Below the pieces are notes generated by a model. That model worked only from the letters and a program-made list of their open reading frames with translations, was not told the origin of the DNA and did no database searches. From positions 1 through 64,000 of IMG/VR virus record IMGVR_UViG_3300021962_000076: a DNA stretch of 64,000 bases; one strand, given 5' to 3'. The position numbers were made by a program, and so were the translations under genes. The DNA comes from an uncultured virus (IMG/VR IMGVR_UViG_3300021962_000076). Taxonomy: Duplodnaviria > Heunggongvirae > Uroviricota > Caudoviricetes. Positions 59,390 to 64,000 of the stretch are shown here, in pieces (position 1 is the first letter of the stretch; each line of letters opens with the position of its first letter).

Positions 59390-60691
59390 ATGAAAACAAA
59401 ACTTTTAAATGTTTTATCAAGGATCATTAAAGAAGAAGTTGAAGATGTAAGAATTTCAGCTGAAGATTATATGAAACTCTTAAAAAGAGTAAATTATGCC
59501 GCTCAAGCAATTCCAAAACTACCACAGTTTAAAGGAAAACACCTTGTTGTTGTTGGTGATGTTACTCTTAGAGACAATGATAAAATAATAGATTTAGGAC
59601 CAATTACAATTGATGGTGATTTAGATGTCTCACGAACAAATATAAAATCATTAGACCACACAAAAGTAACAGGGTATAGCCGCTATTGGCAAACACCATA
59701 TGAAAAAGTTGTGTATAGTAGAAGACAAGCTGCCAAAATGGAGGAGCAAAAAGAAAAAAGAAGAGATGGTGAGTGGGATATGAATAGTAATTTAGATGAA
59801 GAAGGAATAAGAGCAAATTTAGTATTCCAATTTGCAGTTGATGAAGGTCATATTGAAGAATTAGATGATGAAGAAAAAGAAAGAGTCCAAGAGATAAAAA
59901 AAGAAATAAAAAGACTAGAAGAAGATGAAGATGAAATCCAGGAAACTCAAGATGAAATTGACGAATTAGAAGATGAATTAAGCGACCTTTTAAGTGGTAA
60001 ATTTGATGTATATTATTTATATCCTAGTGGTCGTTTTTATGCTATGGATGAATTTGAACTACTAGAAGATGGATCTAGATATGCAATTGGAACAGAAGAT
60101 GAAGCCGAAGAGTCAATGAGAGATTATTACCAAGAATGGGTTGATTACCCTGAAAATTATTTAGATAACAATTTCCTATCATATTATATCGATGAAGAAG
60201 CCGTTGTAGATGATGCAAGATATGCTATTGAAGACTGGGTTCGAGAATCACCAGAAGATTATGGTGTTGAAAGAATAGAATTATCATCATCCCAAGAAGA
60301 AGAAATAGAAAGATTAGAAAATCAAATTAGTGAATTAGAAGAAAAGTTAGAAGAGCTAGAAGACGAAGATGAAATCCAGGAAACTCAAGATGAAATTGAC
60401 CAACTTGAAAGTGAAATACAAGATATTAAAGATTTTCCAGAAGGTGATTATAGTGAAGATGATATAGAACAAGCAATAGAAGACTACCTAAACGACAACG
60501 TAAGATATGATCCAGCTGATTGGTTAAGAGAGATGGGAAGGGATATTACTGATTATATTGATAAAGATGATTTACTAGACGCATTAGTTCGTGATGGTGA
60601 TTACGGAGACACTCTAAATTCATATGATGGAACATATGAAAGTGTTAGATATGGTAATGATTATTACATTATTATGAGAATAGACGCATAA
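59390..60691 (+). CDS. Highly acidic coiled-coil protein with short LRR-like repeats
   Basis: VGDVTLR..IDGDLDVSRTNIKSL repeats; very D/E-rich; internal 36-nt duplication. Confidence 0.65.
   Translation: MKTKLLNVLSRIIKEEVEDVRISAEDYMKLLKRVNYAAQAIPKLPQFKGKHLVVVGDVTLRDNDKIIDLGPITIDGDLDVSRTNIKSLDHTKVTGYSRYWQTPYEKVVYSRRQAAKMEEQKEKRRDGEWDMNSNLDEEGIRANLVFQFAVDEGHIEELDDEEKERVQEIKKEIKRLEEDEDEIQETQDEIDELEDELSDLLSGKFDVYYLYPSGRFYAMDEFELLEDGSRYAIGTEDEAEESMRDYYQEWVDYPENYLDNNFLSYYIDEEAVVDDARYAIEDWVRESPEDYGVERIELSSSQEEEIERLENQISELEEKLEELEDEDEIQETQDEIDQLESEIQDIKDFPEGDYSEDDIEQAIEDYLNDNVRYDPADWLREMGRDITDYIDKDDLLDALVRDGDYGDTLNSYDGTYESVRYGNDYYIIMRIDA
59927..60400 (+). repeat. Exact 36-nt intragenic direct repeat (EDEIQETQDEID)
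   Basis: gaagatgaaatccaggaaactcaagatgaaattgac at 59927-59962 and 60365-60400. Confidence 0.85.
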
Positions 60692-60733
60692 ATAATATTT
60701 ACAGATTATATTATATGGTTATTTTTAAATTAA

Positions 60734-61507
60734 ATGAGAAAAAAGAAAAAGATAGAATTTTTAATGGACACAGATTGGATGTTCGAAAAACCCATAGACC
60801 GGGAACACAAAGAATATAAACTACTATCTTATTTTCAAAAAATGGGCGAAAGACTCGACAATATGGAGTTATACCCAGGATTCATAGAACTTTCATTACA
60901 CTTAGCAAATGCACAAACATTACTTAAGGATAAAAAAATGTTATATACTGATAAGAGGTTTAAAACACCTGATGATGAATTATTAGTAAAAGACCTTAAG
61001 TTAAAAGAACTACCACATATGTCAAATGAAGAATATTTTGAGTTTGTCAAAATATTAGGATATTCATTACCAAGACTTATGGAATATTTTAGTATTGCTA
61101 AATCAGTATGGGAATTAGTATTTGATAGTGTACATTTAATTGTAAAAAAGAATAAAAAAAATATAACATCAATAGATGGTTTTTTTTATTTTAAAGACAA
61201 AAAGGAAAATAAAATTTATTTATGGGAATATACAGAAAAACCAGCAACAAGAGGTGCAAATGAAAATAAAATAATAACAAAACTTATTTATTGTGATGAA
61301 ATAAATAAATCAACAGTCCCAAAAATAATAAGTGAGAATGTAACTAGAGAGGATAAATCAAAACTACCAGTAATTGAGATGGTAAGTAGAGGTGAATTCC
61401 CAATTGAAGAAACATTACTACCACTTTTTAAAAGAAAGTTATTATCTTATCTATATCAAAAAAGATTAATTAAGGAAAATGAAGAAGTCGAAAATAAAGA
61501 AAGCTAA
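60734..61507 (+). CDS. Hypothetical protein
   Basis: 257 aa with WMFEKPIDREHKEYKLLSY and FPIEETLLP motifs. Confidence 0.6.
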   Translation: MRKKKKIEFLMDTDWMFEKPIDREHKEYKLLSYFQKMGERLDNMELYPGFIELSLHLANAQTLLKDKKMLYTDKRFKTPDDELLVKDLKLKELPHMSNEEYFEFVKILGYSLPRLMEYFSIAKSVWELVFDSVHLIVKKNKKNITSIDGFFYFKDKKENKIYLWEYTEKPATRGANENKIITKLIYCDEINKSTVPKIISENVTREDKSKLPVIEMVSRGEFPIEETLLPLFKRKLLSYLYQKRLIKENEEVENKES

Positions 61508-61718
61508 AGAACAAGTCGACCACCCAAAACATTATGGTGGTGAAGACAATACATATGAAGCAATAAAAGTAATTGACGCCTGGGATTTAAACTTTTCTTT
61601 GGGTAATACAGTAAAGTATATATCAAGAGCTGGTAAAAAAGATAAAGAAAAAGAAATCGAAGATTTAGAAAAAGCTTTATGGTATTTAGAGCACCATATT
61701 AATAAATTAAAAGATTAA
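61479..61718 (+). CDS. DUF3310 family protein
   Basis: VDHPKHY..EAI..F.LGN.VKYI.RAGKK..EDL.KA.WYL. Confidence 0.85.
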   Translation: MKKSKIKKAKEQVDHPKHYGGEDNTYEAIKVIDAWDLNFSLGNTVKYISRAGKKDKEKEIEDLEKALWYLEHHINKLKD

Positions 61719-62065
61719 TCTGTTATAAAAACAGAGTCACCTTCTTTTATGTCATATTTTTCACAATCACCACCATTTATTTCTAAAATCAAATCAGCAA
61801 CACCACTATATCTAGGACAGTTATCTTCTCTACATGGAGGGCAATTACTATGAATTTTATTAATTTTTAAATCTTTTATGAAAATAATATCTAAAGACGT
61901 TATGCAGTTTTTCATCCAAAAAGAATGGGAACTAATTTCATTAAAAACGAATAACATACCATTAAAATCATCGTTAAATTTTTTATACATCATACCATTT
62001 TCAATATCCTGTCTAGTAATAACTGGTATGACTTTAAGTAGATTATCATTTATAATTAACTCCAT
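61715..62065 (-). CDS. DUF192 family protein
   Basis: GMLFVF..FWMKNC..LDIIFI..LEINGG. Confidence 0.85.
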   Translation of the reverse strand: MELIINDNLLKVIPVITRQDIENGMMYKKFNDDFNGMLFVFNEISSHSFWMKNCITSLDIIFIKDLKINKIHSNCPPCREDNCPRYSGVADLILEINGGDCEKYDIKEGDSVFITD

Positions 62066-62078
62066 ATTTATAAATATG
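62063..62078. promoter_or_regulatory. Perfect 16-bp palindrome carrying TATTTATA on both strands (candidate bidirectional promoter)
   Basis: catatttataaatatg between the divergent DUF192 and NUDIX genes. Confidence 0.5.
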
Positions 62079-62083
62079 TAATT

Positions 62084-62497
62084 ATGGATAAATTTAAAAG
62101 ATATTCAGGTGTAATTTTAAAAGTTGATGATGACATTTTACTATGTAAAAGATCACCAAAAGAATCAATGGCAAATGAATGGTCAATACCATCTGGTGGT
62201 ATTGAATCAAACGAAACACCAATTAACGCGGCTCATAGAGAGTTTAAAGAAGAAACAAATATTTCATTACCAGATAATTTAAATTTAGTTGGATTAATAA
62301 ATAAGTATAAAAAAGACGGCACTACAAAAAAAGGTATTTTGTATGTATTTTTATCTAAATGTGATAAAAAATATAAACCAAATTTAGTTAAGGCTAAAGA
62401 TGGTCATGAACATACTAGTTGTAAGTATTTTACTAAAAAAACATTACCAATTAGTGAAAATAATAAAGATTTAATTAAAATTATTAAATTTTTATAA
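62084..62497 (+). CDS. NUDIX hydrolase
   Basis: Nudix box GGIESNETPINAAHREFKEET. Confidence 0.9.
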   Translation: MDKFKRYSGVILKVDDDILLCKRSPKESMANEWSIPSGGIESNETPINAAHREFKEETNISLPDNLNLVGLINKYKKDGTTKKGILYVFLSKCDKKYKPNLVKAKDGHEHTSCKYFTKKTLPISENNKDLIKIIKFL

Positions 62498-62592
62498 AAA
62501 AAATTGATTTTTTATAAAAAACATATATTTATATGTTACATAAAAAACTAAATCAACCTTCTTCTTATCAATAAAAAATGGTTTAGAATATT

Positions 62593-62630
62593 AAAACCCA
62601 TAAAACTTTAAATTTTTTATGGGTTTTTTT
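62593..62630 (+). terminator. Intrinsic terminator
   Basis: aaaacccataaaa...ttttatgggtttt followed by Ts. Confidence 0.7.
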
Positions 62631-62658
62631 GTTTATTTTAAAAATTTACTTATATTTG
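62628..62658 (+). promoter_or_regulatory. Bacteroidota-type promoter
   Basis: tttg, 19-nt spacer, tatatttg; 4 nt before the ATG at 62663. Confidence 0.6.
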
Positions 62659-62662
62659 TAAT

Positions 62663-62935
62663 ATGAAAGTAGGATATAATATTAAGGTAATAAACGAAAA
62701 GTTTGGTGAATTGGTAAACGAAACGTTTATGAATGAAATTCAGTTTAAACTTTTTTTAAAAATGATACACGCAAGTATTGAATTAAAACAAAATTTAACT
62801 TTTTTTAATGGAGATACTTTTTTTGTTAATATACCAGCTAGTACTCTAAAAGATTCTATTGTTGTTACAAACACAAAAGAATTGTCTATGACTGAACAGG
62901 TTAGAAGTAAAATTGAAGCATTAGTAACTAAATAA
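62663..62935 (+). CDS. Hypothetical protein
   Basis: 90-aa ORF. Confidence 0.6.
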   Translation: MKVGYNIKVINEKFGELVNETFMNEIQFKLFLKMIHASIELKQNLTFFNGDTFFVNIPASTLKDSIVVTNTKELSMTEQVRSKIEALVTK

Positions 62936-62937
62936 TT

Positions 62938-63378
62938 ATGAAAAATTTATATATAGCATTTTTAATCTTTTTTTCATTAATATCTTGTGAAAAAGAGCCA
63001 ATTGGACCACCAAATCCACCAGAACCAATAATAAGTGACACATTAGAAATTGACTCTACCTATAATTTAACTGGACAAATTTGGGTTATATCACAATATA
63101 GGGTTGGCCAATTTGGTGAAATTTTTCCATTAAACGATACTATAACGTTCCTAGATTTAAATACGTATACATATAATGGTTTTGAATCGTCATATTCGTT
63201 TTATCCAACGGCATCAGCTTATAATTTAACATTAAATTATACACCATTTGGTAATCTTAGCGGTACCATATATCAGGGCAACTTAAATCTTGGTGTTATG
63301 AATGGTTTAAAGTTTACTGACATTACAATTGGATCTAGTAATCAAACTGAGTATTATTTTTGGATGACAAGACAGTAA
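62938..63378 (+). CDS. Lipoprotein (possibly lipocalin-like beta-barrel)
   Basis: MKNLYIAFLIFFSLIS|CEKE lipobox; L.G..W motif. Confidence 0.65.
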   Translation: MKNLYIAFLIFFSLISCEKEPIGPPNPPEPIISDTLEIDSTYNLTGQIWVISQYRVGQFGEIFPLNDTITFLDLNTYTYNGFESSYSFYPTASAYNLTLNYTPFGNLSGTIYQGNLNLGVMNGLKFTDITIGSSNQTEYYFWMTRQ

Positions 63379-63443
63379 ATTAATAAACTAATTTTTCCTT
63401 GTTTAGAAAAACAAGGTGGTGGAGTCGGAATATATATTCCATT

Positions 63444-63479
63444 AAAAAATAAAGGAGGGTTATACCTCCTTTATTTTTT
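63444..63479. terminator. Bidirectional terminator hairpin (15-bp stem)
   Basis: aaaaaataaaggagg-gttata-cctcctttatttttt between convergent genes. Confidence 0.75.
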
Positions 63480-63999
63480 CTAACTCAATCTTAAGATTTT
63501 TTTTAGCCTTATGTAACTGTGATTTAGATGTGCCAATGTTAATACCTAATTTATCAGCAATTTCATCGTGCTGTAAATCATCAAAGTAATATAAATTAAA
63601 AATCTCTTGTTGTTTTTTTGGTAATTCTAAAATAGCATTTTTTATATCACTATCATCATATAGTCCCATATATCTATCATCATATTCATCTTCTTCACTA
63701 TCATATCTATCAAAATCAAAATCTGAAACCTTATTACCTTTTTGTTTTCTAATTGTATCTATTGTGTTGTTTCTAACAATCATAGCAAGCCACGCACCAA
63801 TTTTATCTGGGTTATCACTAAATTTTTCTAAATTATTAAAAGCTTTTATAAAACCATCTTGACAAAAATCCTTAGCCTTTTCCCTATCACCATCAGCGTA
63901 CTTTAAACAAACATTATTATATATTGGATTAAACCAATTACGATATGCTAAATCAAAATCTATATTTTCATTTAGTTTATTATATAATTTAGCCTCATT
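63460..63999 (-). CDS. ECF-type sigma factor; 5' end outside the window
   Basis: The frame stays open to the window edge: AKDFCQDGFIKAFNNLEKF..GAWLAMIVRNNTIDTIRK (region 2) and LPKKQQEIFNL..EIADKLGINIGTSKSQLHKAK (region 4). Confidence 0.88.
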   Translation of the reverse strand, partial: NEAKLYNKLNENIDFDLAYRNWFNPIYNNVCLKYADGDREKAKDFCQDGFIKAFNNLEKFSDNPDKIGAWLAMIVRNNTIDTIRKQKGNKVSDFDFDRYDSEEDEYDDRYMGLYDDSDIKNAILELPKKQQEIFNLYYFDDLQHDEIADKLGINIGTSKSQLHKAKKNLKIELEKIKEV

Positions 64000-64000
64000 T

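Noticed and set aside
2197..62081. Many short antisense or nested ORFs in the track (e.g. 2591..3082, 5577..5897, 37449..37793, 45895..46323, 57114..57329)
   Set aside because: They are shadows of longer genes with recognisable motifs and have no independent signals.
63417..63428. Complete tRNA or tmRNA gene
   Set aside because: Only a 12-nt 3'-end-like match, with no T-loop or cloverleaf. No tRNA genes were recognised in the window.
1..64000. Alternative genetic code (stop-codon recoding, seen in some Bacteroidota phages)
   Set aside because: Code 11 gives long, tightly packed ORFs. TAG terminates the sigma gene at its expected end, and TGA terminates gp6.
1..64000. Eukaryotic giant virus or cellular origin, suggested by the DNMT3-like, LRR, HPAT-like and mucin-like genes
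   Set aside because: gp25/gp6 baseplate genes, bacterial sigma factors, operon packing and intrinsic terminators indicate a tailed bacteriophage.

Overview
This AT-rich, densely coding 64 kb window looks like part of a large lytic tailed phage genome (jumbo or T4-like myovirus grade) using the standard genetic code. The host is most likely a Bacteroidota member: there are several TTTG-N19/20-TAnnTTTG promoters, a Bacteroidota-type primary sigma factor, an Hc1-type histone-like protein, SprB repeats and a lipoprotein. In order, the window holds: the 3' end of a class II ribonucleotide reductase and a free-standing HNH endonuclease; a ~27 kb baseplate/tail/fibre module (gp25-like, gp6-like, large Cys- and Thr-rich proteins, SprB and YadA-like repeats) with an embedded glycosyltransferase; RuvC, primase, PD-(D/E)XK nuclease and SbcD/SbcC; a sigma-70 followed by three tandem C5 cytosine methyltransferases; a putative lysis block; putative head-packaged proteins; DnaJ, DUF932, thioredoxin, glutaredoxin, NUDIX; and a partial ECF sigma factor. 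The best candidate for an undescribed system is virion protein O-glycosylation: an HPAT/SERGT1-like transferase sits among mucin-like virion proteins that are rich in a [S/T]-G-x-[S/T] motif. Other notable observations are single-gene cassettes flanked by direct repeats, a TATTTAT(A) late-promoter candidate, unannotated micro-ORFs (CDGSH, Hc1), a degenerate MetK-like protein and two candidate small RNAs. All family calls come from motif recognition by eye; no searches were run.
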